Shown: positions 23,361-34,844 of the stretch, one piece after another
How positions within the stretch are numbered: position 1 is the first letter of the stretch
Layout: each line of letters opens with the position of its first letter
Source: Malacoraja senta
Taxonomy: Eukaryota
DNA: 64,000 bases
Assembly (NCBI GenBank): GCA_038087875.1
Contig: CM075988.1
Coordinates: 4,030,001 to 4,094,000, forward strand
Direction: 5' to 3'
Made by a program: the position numbers and the translations under genes
Notes under the pieces: generated by a model
What the model saw: only the letters and a program-made list of their open reading frames with translations
Told to the model about the DNA's origin: nothing
Database searches by the model: none

Positions 23361-24869
23361 GTAATCCATCACCCCTCATCCAATCTACCAACCTGCAGCA
23401 GCTGACAACTTGCTGCCACATTCAAAAGGGACCTCTTGTCCAGGTTCCAGGGAGAAGATGGGGTTATGGATCACTGGGGACTATTGAAATATCTGAGCAC
23501 TTGTTGACAGATTTGTGAAGGTGAATAAAGTGGTTAAGAAGGCATACATGATACTTTATTCAGCAGCTATAGTTTAGTTCAATTTAGAGATACAATGCGG
23601 AAACAGGCCCTTCGGCCCACTGATCAGTGATCCTTGTACACTAGCAGGATCCCACACACGAGGGACATTTTTTACAATGTTTCACTGAAGCCAATCAACC
23701 TACAAACCTGTACGTCTTTGGAGTGCGGGAGGAAACTGGAGCACCAGGAGAAAACCCATGCAATCACGGGGAGAACGTACAAACTCCAGACAGACAGCAC
23801 CTATACTCAGGATCAAACCCAGGTATCTGTCGCTGTAAGGCAGCAACTCTTACCCTACGTGCCACCCTACGTAGCTAGAGCATAAAATATAAAGGCTGTG
23901 AGGTGATGCTAGAACTGTACTCCACAAAGGTTGTGTCACGGATTGAATAATGCATATATTCTGGTCACCACTTTGGAGAGAGTGAATGGGAAGGTACGAT
24001 GACAACATGTAAGAGTCACTTGGACATGTGCGTGGCTAGGAAGGGTTTAGACAGATATGGGCCAAATGTGGGCGGGTGGGACTAGTGTAGATGGATCATC
24101 TTGGTCAACATGGGCAAGTTGGGTTCATGGGCCTGTGTTTGTACTGTGTGAATCGATAACTTGTATTTCACTTACCGAATGGATTGAAGACCAGGTGCCA
24201 AGGACTTAACGTAAATGGCAGAAGACTGAGACAGGACCTAGACAAGAGATGGCGAAGAATTAATTTGCTCAGGGGATGGTAGAAATTTCAAACCTGCATG
24301 AAAAGCTAATTTCTTAGAAAGGTCAAGTGGGATTTTGGGCCAAGTGCTGGCAAATGGGAATTGTTCAATTAAATGATCTGTTTGGTATGGATGAGTTGAG
24401 CCAAAGGGCTTGTTCCTGTGCTGAATGATTCTATGACTCTAGGGTATAGAAAGCAGTGCCATGCAGGTTATCAAAGACACTGTAGAATTAAATATGGTTT
24501 CATGCCTGCAAGCTGCTGTCTTGTCAGAAGGTAGCAGAGAGGGCTTGAGTTACAAGTAGTGGCTGGGCCTTTCATCACTGTGTAGGAGGCTGAGGGGTGA
24601 CCTTATAGAGGTGCACAAAACCACGAAAGGCATAGACAAGGTGAAAGGCCACATAGACAGGGCGAGAGGCACGCAGAACGAGAGGGAATAGGTTTAAAGT
24701 GAGATGGGGAAAATGTAAAAGATCAGTGTTGTTTATTCTCATGTATACCGAGGAACAATGAAAAGCTTTTGGAGGTACACAAAAATGCTGGAGAAACTCA
24801 GCGGGTGCAGCAGCATCTATGGAGCGAAGGAAATAGGCAATGTTTCGGGCCGAAACCCTTCTTCAGAAC

Positions 24870-25330
24870 AACTGAAAAGCTTTTGTTGCGTGCTATCCAG
24901 TCAGCAGAAAGACAATACATGATTACAACCGAGCCATTTACAGTGTACAGATAGTGCAAAGTAAAGCCAGCAAAGTCCGATCAAGGATAGTCTGAGGGTC
25001 ACCAATGAGGTAGATAGTAGTTCAGCACTGCTCTCTGGTTGTGCGAGGATGATTCAGTTGCCTGGTAACAGCTGGGAAGAAACTGTCCCTGAATCTGGAG
25101 GTGTGCGTTTTCACACTTCTGTACCTTTTGCTTGATGGGAGAGGGTGGAAAAGAGAGTGGCCAGGGTGCGACTGGTCCTTGATTATGCTGCTGGACTTGC
25201 CGAGGCAGCGTGAGGTATAAATGGAGTCAATAGAAGGGAGGTTGGGTTTGTGTGGTGGTCTGGGCTGCGTCCACAATTCTCTGCAATTTCTTGCGATGGA
25301 GCTGTTCCAAAAACAAGTTGTGATTGGGAT
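24870..25330 (-). mobile_element. Rex1/Babar-like 3' fragment
   Basis: LPSIDSIYTSRCLGK.SSIIKDQSHPGHSLF...RFRDSFFP. Confidence 0.85.
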
Positions 25331-26667
25331 CAGCGCCATAGAAACCTGAGAATAAATTTCCTTGCACAGAGGTGGTGGTTTGTATGTTGAACCCGCTGCC
25401 AGAGGAAGCTGTGGAGACGGGGACAATGGTGACCGTTAAAATACACCAAGACAGGACATGGATAGGGCAGGTCCAGAGGGTTTGGGCCCAATGCAGGCAA
25501 ATGGGGCTAGTGTAAAAGGGGCAACTTGGTCAGCTTGGACAAGTTGGGCCGAACTGCCTGTTTCCATGATGTATGACTGTGACTCTTTGACTTAATTGTG
25601 CTTACTGAATGGGTCGAAGATCAGATGTCATGGACCGAAAGTAAATGGCGGAAGACTTAGCACAGAACTATTTAAGACTGAGGTGAGAAAAAACTTGTTC
25701 ACCCAGAGAGTTGTGAATTTGTGGAATTCCCTGCCACAGAGGGCAGTGGAGGCCAAATCACTGGAGAGTTAGATAGAGCTCTAGGGGCTCGTGGAATCAA
25801 GGGATATGGGGAGAAGGCAGGCACGGGTTATTGATTGGGGACGATCAGCCATGATCAAAATGAATGGCGGTGCTGCCTCGAAGGGCCGAATGGCCTCCTT
25901 CTGCACCTATTTTCTATGTTTCTATGTTTCTATGAGACGACCAAGAATTATTTTGTTCAAGTTTGGAACCTTCTGTATGAAGGGAGGGAGTGGTGGGAGG
26001 TGAAACATCTACGAAGCACTTGGAGGGAGATTTGAAGAAGTGCCCCCATTCGAAAAGTGTGGCCGGATTGCGGAGCTGGGGAGTGGGCTTAGACTGGCAC
26101 AGACATGGTGGCCCGAATGGCTTCCATCAATGTTGGAGAATTTCTCTGATTGTAATATTATTTTTGTGAGCTATTCCATTAAAGGTGCTATTTAAGTGCA
26201 AGGTGTTGTTGGTACTTTTGCTACAAAAAAAAATGCAATGTGCGTTTTCCAGTGGCAAGTCTTGTGAAGTACCTTGATGTGAAGCCCGTTGGCAGGGGAG
26301 CCTCGACTGACGGGCATGCTTCATGCTTCACTACTGCAGCCACTGATAATCCTTGAAGTATTCCTTTCATGTTCTAAAACGGTGCTTTTCCTTGTGTGGA
26401 TGTCATGGAAAGGAGCAGCAGAGGATTGCAGAGCATTTTTCTATTAGTGAGATCCATTCCATAAACAACACGTTATCACAGAGTGCAGCTTGGCTTTGGT
26501 TTCCTTATCGATTTTCCTCCCACTCCCTTTCATTGTGAAGGCACTGATTATTCCAGCATTTTGACCCAGTTCCACTGGTGCCGGGATAGGAGGCAAGACC
26601 AGAATACAAATGAGTGGGATGTAAAACATGGCCCTAAATCACAGGCTGCCAGTGGCAATGGATCTAC

Positions 26668-27030
26668 TCTGGATGCAGGGGGACAGAGTTACACTGGATG
26701 TAGGGAGACAGAGTTACACTGGATGTAGGGGGACAGAGTTACACTGGATGTAGGGGGACAGAGTTACACTGGATGTAGGGGGACAGAGTTACACTGGATG
26801 TAGGGGGACAGAGTTACACTGGATGTAGGGGGACAGAGTTACACTGGATGTAGGGGGACAGAGTTACACTGGCTGTAGGGGGACAGAGTTACACTGGATG
26901 TAGGGGGACAGAGTTACACTGGATGTAGGGGGACAGAGTTACACTGGATGTAGGGAGACAGAGTTACACTGGATGTAGGGGGACAGAGTTACACTGGATG
27001 CAGGGGGACAGAGTTACACTGGATGCAGGG
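26668..27030. repeat. Homogeneous 25-bp minisatellite (tagggggacagagttacactggatg), about 14.5 copies
   Basis: Direct reading; few variant units. Confidence 0.97.
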
Positions 27031-28451
27031 ACTTCATCTTTAATCTCACTCCTCCGTTCTGAGGTACCCACCTGCTTCAAGAAGACCACCATCATCCCGA
27101 TGCCGAAGAAAAGCAAGACCTCACGCCTAAACAATTCCGCCCAGTGGCCTTGACGTCCACCATGATGAAATGTTTTGAGAGGCTAGTTATGGAATGTATT
27201 AAATCCAGTCTACCCAGTGGCCTTGACCCACTGCAGCTCATCTACCACCACAGCAGGTCCACAGACGATGCCATCGCCCTGGCCCTACACTCATCCCTAG
27301 AACACCTGGATAGGAGAGACACATACGTCAGACTCCTATTCATAGACTACAGGTCCGCTTTTAACACCATCATACCATCCAAGCTTATCACCAAACTCGC
27401 GGGACTTGGTGTCTCTGCAAATGGATCCTTGACTTCCTGACCAATCAGTGAGGATGGGGACAAATCATCCCTCCACGCTAATCCTCAACACTGGTGCTCC
27501 ACAAGGCTGCGTTCTCAGCCCCCTTCTTTCCTCCTTGTACACCCACGACTGTGAAGCCATGTGCAAATCTAATCCAATTTTCAAATTCACAGACGACACC
27601 ACCATTGTGGGCCAGATGTCAAATAATGATGGGACGGAGTACAGGGAGGAGATCGAGACCTGTTGTCGAGACCTTTCTCTCAAAGTCAGCAAGACAAAGG
27701 AGATAGTGATTGAAGCGGTACACATACCCCAGTTTACATTGACGGCGCTGAAGTAGAGATGGTTGAAAACTTCAAATTCTAAGGAGTCAATATCACCAAC
27801 AACTTCTCCTGGACCACCCATATTGAAGCAACGACCAAGAAAGCACACCAACGCCTCTACTTCTTTAGAAAGCTTAGGAAGTTCGTCATGTTCCTAACAA
27901 CTCTCACCAACTTCTACAGATGCACCATAGAAAGCATTTTATCAGGATGCATCACAGCTTGGTTTGGGAACAGCTCCATCCAAGACCGTAAGAAATTGCA
28001 GAGAATTATGGACACAGCCCAGACCATCACACAAACCAACCTCACTTCCATCGACTCCATCTACACCTCACGCTACCTCGGCAAGGCCAGCAGCATAATC
28101 AAGGATGAGTCACACCCTGGCCACTCTCTCTTCTGAAGTGTGAAAATGCACAGCTCCAGATTCAGGGACAGTTTCTTGCCAGCTGTTATCGGTCAGCTGA
28201 ATCATCCCACCACAACCAGAGAGCAGTCCTGAACTACTATATATCGCATTGATGACCCTCAGACTATCTTTGATTGGACTTTGCTGACTTTACCTTGCAC
28301 TAAACGTTATTCCATTATTATGTATCTATCTATACACTATAAATGGCTCGATTGTAATCATGTATTGTCTTTCCGCTGACAGGATAGCACGCAACAAAAG
28401 CTTTTTACTGTACCTCGGTGCACGTGACAATAAACTAAACTGAACTGAACT
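27031..28451 (+). mobile_element. Rex1/Babar-like LINE, degenerate RT to 3' end
   Basis: [42 protein letters not shown]; (CTGAA)n tail. Confidence 0.92.
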
Positions 28452-28702
28452 GCACTGGATAAGAGAGGGTTCACACTCGATGTAGTGAGAGAGAATCAAC
28501 ACAGATTTGCAGTGTTTTAGTTAAGTTTCAAGAGACTGTGTGTTTTTAGAAGGTCCTTCAGCCCACCGAGTCCATACTAACCATCGATCACTCCTACACT
28601 AGTTCTATATTAATGCCAATTTTGCATCCTAGACGCAAAGGCCAATTAACCTACAAACCTACACTGGGATGGGGGAAGAAACCGGAGGGCCCGGAGGAAA
28701 CC

Positions 28703-29211
28703 GGAAAAATCGATGGCAGCCTCGCCAGCAGTCTGCCTCGTCCTTTTCTTTCTTTGTTGTTTTTAGTATATTGTTAAATGTATGTTTTAGTGTATCTTTA
28801 TTTTTGTATTATGTGTGGGGGGGCGGTTGGCGGAATTTTTTTTAAATCGCTTTCCTCGACGGAGATACGATTTTTTTCCGTATTGCATCGTGGAGCTGGC
28901 GGTCCCTTTGTCAGGGACCGACTTCGGGAGCTCCAACCGCAGGATCTTCGACTGCCCCGATCGCGGGAGCTTTGATCGCCCCGACTGCCCCGTCCGCGGG
29001 AGAATAAGGAAGAAAGAAGATAAAACTTTAATGCCTTCCATCACAGTGAGAAATGTGGGGAATCTGCTGTGGTGGATGTTTATGTTAAGGTTTATGTTAA
29101 GGTTTATGTAGTTGTGTGTCTTGTTGCTTTTTTCTGGTATGACTAAGTGGCAAATCAAATGTCACTGTACCTTAAATGGCACACGTGACAATAAAAGACC
29201 ATTGGACCATT
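28703..29211 (+). mobile_element. Unclassified non-coding retroelement with Rex-like 3' tail, inserted in an HE1 SINE
   Basis: TSD gaaacc at 28697-28702 and 29212-29217; ends cacgtgacaataaaa(gaccattg)2; host SINE resumes. Confidence 0.72.
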
Positions 29212-32154
29212 GAAACCCACGCAGTCACAGGGAGAACATGCAAACTCCACACATATAGCACCCGAGCTCGGGATCGAACCCGGGTCTCTGGCACTGTAAG
29301 ATGGCAGCTTTATCGCTGCATCAATGTGCCGCCTATCACTGAGAGAGGGTGCACACTGACCATGGTGGTAGGGGTTTCCCACCCACTACCAGAGGGTGGG
29401 GTTCCACACTGATGACCTTTGGGAAAAAAACACACACCAACTACTTTAGTTTAGAGATTTTAGTTTAGAGATAGAGAGTGCAGAAACAGGCCCACTGAGT
29501 CCATACCGACCAGCGATCCCACACACTAGGGACAAATTACAATCTTTACCAAAGCCAAATAACCTACAAACCTGTACGTCTTTGGAGTGTGGGAGGAAAC
29601 CGGAGCTCCTGGATAAAACCCATGAGGTCGCAGGGAGAACGTGCAAACACAATACAGACAGCACAGTCGGGTCATAGTCAGGTTCGAATCCGGGGCTCTG
29701 GCGCTGTAAGGCAGCAACTCTACCGCCGTGCCAGCCTGAACTGTCTCAGCTGCTGTTGAGAGATGCTCCACATCCTCAGAATAAAAAGACGCGCTTTTCA
29801 GAATGGAGAAGAGGAAGAATGTCTTTAGCCAGAGGGTGGCGAATCTGTGGAATTCATTGCCACATACAACTGTGGAGACCAAGTCATTGGGTACTTTAAA
29901 GCGGAGATTGATAGGTTCTTGATTAGTATGAATGTCAAAGGTTACGGGAGGAAGGCATAGGAGCATGGGGTTGAGTGGGAAAGATAGATCAGCCATGATC
30001 AAATGGCAGAGCAGACTCGTTGCAGATAGCAAATTGTCGCTAGTGTGTAGGATAGTGCTAGTGTACGGGGATTGCTGGTCGGCATTGACTCCGTGGGCCG
30101 AAGGGCCTGTTTCCGCACAGTATCTCTAAACTAAAACCTCTCAACTAAATTCTATTTCGATGTCTTATGGCCTTTTGTCACTCACTATCAGTGCAAGACC
30201 CACACAACCTCTTCTAGTAGGAGCGCTTGCAGATTGATTGCTGTGCATATGGCACCACAACGAAAGTACCTCGGTACATGTGACAATAAACTAAACTAAA
30301 CTAAAGAATGCTATCAGGTGAGGCTCCACTGGCAGCCAGAGGCTGATGCTCCACGCCAGGTGCTACCAGGTGCTGGTCCACACTGGACACAGGGTGAGGC
30401 ACGCCTTGGGCAACCAGTAGGTGAGGCAGTACCCTGGTCGCCAACCTTGACAATCTAGAGAAGCCCTTCGGAGAGGGAAGAGGGAAAAGGACATGTCCTT
30501 ATGTTAGAAACTCATGAATGTCATTATTTAAGTCCATCAGCTTTTGAAATCAATGTGTCAGCACTCACTACTTTTGTTCTCCAAACCTTTCTCCATTTCC
30601 CATTTTAACAGAAAGGTTAGTCGGCTTAAAATAGTGATATCTCACAATGTATGCCAACAGGCAGAGGGAAATCCATGCCTGCTGATTGGATCCTTAATCT
30701 GCATCAGAGATGAAAGACCAAATACAGAATCGTTCAAAATAAGGAATAATCTGATACATGTAACTGTAAAAGCCCTCAATTTGTTGGGCGGCACAGTGGC
30801 GCAGCGGTAGAGTTGCTGCCTTACATCGCAGGGCTGCCAACATTGGGTGAGAGTTGGGAGTGAGAAATTGCGAGAGACCAAGCCCATGGGAGTGTAGCTA
30901 CTGAGGTGGGGGGGGGGGGGGCTTTTGCATTTTTCAGCTTGAAATTGTGCAATCTGGTGCATACTGTAGCGAGTCTTTTAACTTACACTTGAATGCAATA
31001 TTTATGCTTTAAATTGGATTAGCTATGAATAAGGTTAGGCTAAATTACATTCCACAGTAGAGCCAGGCTCTGATCAACAGGTGCAGCACGAATGATCTTA
31101 ATGCATTAATGTATGGAAATCAGATTATAATCAAGCACTTGGCCCATGTTGACCAACCTGGGTCTCAGTGCACACCTGGTACTACTCCTGACCCTGACTC
31201 CAGTTGCATACCTTCTCTTATTCCTGACCCTGAGTCCAGTCTTACACCTGCCCCATATTCTACCCTGATCATAGCTGCTTACCTGCTTAGGTTCCCAGTT
31301 CTGAACACTCCCATTGACCCAGCTTTGACTGCACACCCAGTACTATTCCAGACCTTGACTCTGGATGCACACTTGGCCTTTCTCCTAGTCCCTCTGCACT
31401 GATAATACATCCGGCCCACACATAACGCCCCATATCTGATGCCCTGGACTTAACCTATTACGTTCAAGTCCACAGGTGCTTCTTTAATGCGGTAATCCTT
31501 TATGGGGCACTTCACGGACCAAATTTTGTATAACAAAATTTGCTACATCCAATGGCTTCCTTGTTATCTAACATGCTAGTTACTTTGTCAAAGAAGTCAT
31601 CAATTGGTTGAACACAATTTCTCATCCATAAAATTATATTCACTCAGCTGTATAAGTATTCTGTTACTAGTTCCTTCATTTTCCTAACAAACTGTCCTGA
31701 AGTCATTTTCACCCCCAATATTTTCAGTATTTTGCTGTCTGCCTCTCAGCTGGGACTTTTCCGAAATGCAAATTCCAATAACTATATATTTAAGCAATAA
31801 TATTCTATTTAATGTGATCTTGAGAGTACATAATATTTTCTGTGGTATTCATAACACAACAATGATAAAAAGATCTTTGTTTTGATTGCACCTACCAACA
31901 TGCATAGATTATTATTTTACAGTTAATAAATACCGAGGGCAAATTTTTGTTCCAATGCTCCCTATTCCCAATTACTTTTTCATTGAAGTGATTGAAATCC
32001 AAGTGAAGTTGAAATGGCATCATAAAAATGAAACCTCCGGAATGGATGATATTCATTACGTGCTTGTTTGGAGCCAGTATCAGCACAATTACTATATTAA
32101 ACTTTGAATCTTCAAATGTCATGGTTCAAGCTAAAACTAAAGACAAATAATAAC

Positions 32155-32277
32155 CTTCTCACATTCCCCTGCAAGTATCTCTGTCACTCCTTTAAAATAT
32201 GCCCCTTCTTTGAACAAGTTCTTAAACATCGCATCTGAATCAGCTTCCATCTGATTACACTCCTTGAGGATGTTCAT
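32155..32277 (-). pseudogene. Captured 123-nt exon-like segment of an unidentified gene
   Basis: ag|ATG...AAG|gt, phase 0-0, open frame MNILKECNQMEADSDAMFKNLFKEGAYFKGVTEILAGECEK, within AT-rich flanks. Confidence 0.45.
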
Positions 32278-32952
32278 CTACGTGTTAATTAATAAAACAA
32301 TGAGATTGGGGACATTTCTATTCAACCTGTCAGAGGAATTTGGGGGGGGGGGGGGTTAGAAATAGTCAGTGAGGTAAACAAACGTAATAGTTGAGTGGCA
32401 AATGACAATAGTGCTACCTTCCCAATATTTAACTGAAGGAAATAATGGGTTATCGGGGCTGTATGTTGTGGCAGACAGCCTGACACCTTGCATGTCATTT
32501 TAATATTACACTTATCCCATCCCCCTGGATATTCCGGAATAATAAATTAAGATTTTGTCAACTAATTACAAATCAGGCTAATTACAAATCAATAACATTA
32601 GCTAACTCCGAAACACGAAGCGCTGAGCATTGGGATCCAGACATCATGGACAACTGGCCTCAGTTCCCCGCTCACATCTGGCAGTGCTCTCCATCTGAAC
32701 CAGGGGCTGCAGAGCGTTTTTGAAAGCGGGGGGGGGGGGGGGGCTGAGCGATCACTGATCACTGGCCTTGGGGGTACCCGACGAGGGAGTGGAGCAACCG
32801 AGTGGTGGGAGGGTGCGGGAGGGGGAATTTTTGAAATTTGATTTATTAAAATCATGTTTTAGTGCATTGTAGAAGTATGATTTCAATGTTTTTTGCTTCA
32901 AGTATTTTTAAGAGGTAACTTTTTAAGGGGTAACTTTTTCCACACACACATC

Positions 32953-33203
32953 CTGGTTGTCCTCCAGGATGCACCGAGCCGCAGCCTGGTCCATGCCGGT
33001 CACCAGGGTGAATTCGGCACAGAGACTCTCACGGCAATGCTTCCGACGCCTCCGGAGGTCCGGGACTCTTGTACTGAGGCTGCTCCATGGCCGGAGCTGC
33101 AGTGAGCGACTCGCCAGCCCGGCAAACACTCGCCAGCCCGGCAAGCACTCTCCAGCCCCTGCTCCCCATCCGCATCTGCCCCCGCCACTGCTTCTGCTTC
33201 CAT
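32953..33203 (-). pseudogene. TDP2: Captured tyrosyl-DNA phosphodiesterase 2 exon-1-like fragment (N-terminal UBA-like motif), frameshifted and truncated
   Basis: RESLCAEFTLVTGMDQAAARCILEDNQ (32953-33033) aligns with the human TDP2 N-terminus as recalled (RRLLCVEFASVASCDAAVAQCFLAEND). GC-rich, with an ATG at 33203 (MEAEAVAGADADGEQG) in another frame. Confidence 0.72.
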
Positions 33204-34254
33204 CCCTCCCTCCACCCCGGCTCTCCAACACCCGTGGCCCATGCAGTTGATATTAGTTTTGAAATTGTCGTTGATCACAGAATTTCTCACGACAGAGCAT
33301 GAGAAACTCTGTGATCAGCGTGAGAGCATGAGAATTGTGCAAAATGCGTGAGTCTCAATGTGTAAGAGTTGGCAGCTCTGCATCACTTACAGTACCAGAG
33401 ACCCGGGTTCGATCCTGACTATGTGTGCTGTCTGTACGGAGTTTATACGTTCTCCCAGTGACCACGTGGGTTTTCTCCGGGTGCTCCAGTTTCCTCATAC
33501 ATTGCAAGGACGTGAATTGGCTTGGTATAAATGTAAAAATTGTCCCGAGTTTGTGTAGGATAGTGTCAGTGTGTGGGGATCGCTGGTCAGTGCAGACTCG
33601 GTGGGCCAAAGGGCCTGTTTCCGCACTCTATCGCTAAACTAAAATAAATTAAACTAAAACATATTCTGACACTGTGCTATGAGTAACAGATTTTGAAGAC
33701 TTGAGCAACAAATCAATTCTGGTATTTGTTTTAAATATATAATCTTCCTGCATGACCAGTTTTTCAAAAATTATATTTTAATATATTGTGGCTTGGCTTC
33801 GAGCAGGAATGAAATATGATCATTCATCAATTGAGGCAGAATCACTAACTCAAGTGGAATGAGGTTTTGAGTGAATTACAGTCATTAACTTCCTATTTTG
33901 CTACCTCACATAGCTTACACTGAATGGGTGGTTTAAGAATTGGATTGTTCAGCCATTGATTTTTATTTAGGTTTATTTTGTTTGACTGTTGACGGACAAA
34001 AGATGGTTTAATAATACTCCTTATTATTGCATCGGCACTCCATCTCACTGATTTTGGTTATTTGTAAGGCACTTAACTGGGGTTAAATATTAACTACAAT
34101 TGAGACTCACAAACCACATTGTAGTCTGGCTGGCCAGCTGGCTGGAGTGAGAGGAGATGTTTGCAATATCTGAGATTGAGGGGTTCAGTCAGAGTATGGA
34201 GTGCTCAGTTTAGTTTATTGTCACGTGTACCGAGGTACAGTGAAAGGCAGCGGC

Positions 34255-34830
34255 AAGACATTGATAAAATACATCTCTTGATGCTCCTGAACACATCATC
34301 ACTGATGTAACCTGGGGGTCATTGGGTGTTTCGGGTCTTTCAACATCAGACACCCTCACTCAGGCAACCCAGCCATGTTTGATCAGACCACGACTTGTAA
34401 TCAGGTGGCGTTCGCTCCTCCCCATGGACCTCCTCTCCTGATCCAGAGCCCTCAAGGCCTTCTCCGCTGCCTCTGTGGTGTTCATGATGGCCTTTCTCCT
34501 CTTCACTCCGTTGATGCCCAGTGCACTCAAGGCTTTTTAGAGCGATTGCCCTGCAAAACCTCCGCAGCCAAACTCGATGGGCACAAACCTTGCCTTCCAG
34601 CCCTGCTTACAGCAGTCTATGACCAGCTCTTCGTACTTGATCATCTTCCTCTCGTGGGCCTACTCCAGATGGTCCTCCCACGGCACTGTCAGTTCCAACA
34701 AGACGATGTTTTTGGTCGCCTATGAGACCAGGAAGATGTCTGGCCTCAGGGTGGTCGTGGTGATGTGCTGTGGGAACTTCAGCTGTTTCACCAGGTCTAC
34801 AGAAAGCTGCCAGTCCTGATGGATTCCTGC
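34255..34830 (-). mobile_element. Hero-clade (restriction-like endonuclease) non-LTR retrotransposon 3' fragment
   Basis: Minus-strand translation DWQLSVDLVKQLKFPQHITTTTLRPDI...LLELTVPWED...AHERK..KYEEL...PIEFGC.GF, with stops. Confidence 0.85.
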
Positions 34831-34844
34831 CTGCTGTGGTTCAA

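Larger units (their letters stand above)
30829..33380. mobile_element. 2552-bp non-autonomous TIR DNA transposon (hAT-like ends) carrying captured host DNA
   Basis: TIR cagggctgccaac / gttggcagctctg (12/13); flanks catcg / catca; splits an HE1 SINE (30786-30828 plus 33381-33660); subterminal gtgaga repeats; no transposase. Confidence 0.88.

Noticed and set aside
26668..27030. CRISPR-like array
   Set aside because: Head-to-tail tandem units with no unique spacers, no cas genes, eukaryotic context
32953..33231. Functional TDP2 gene at this locus
   Set aside because: Frameshifted, truncated before the donor site, no catalytic-domain exons in the window, and enclosed by TIRs
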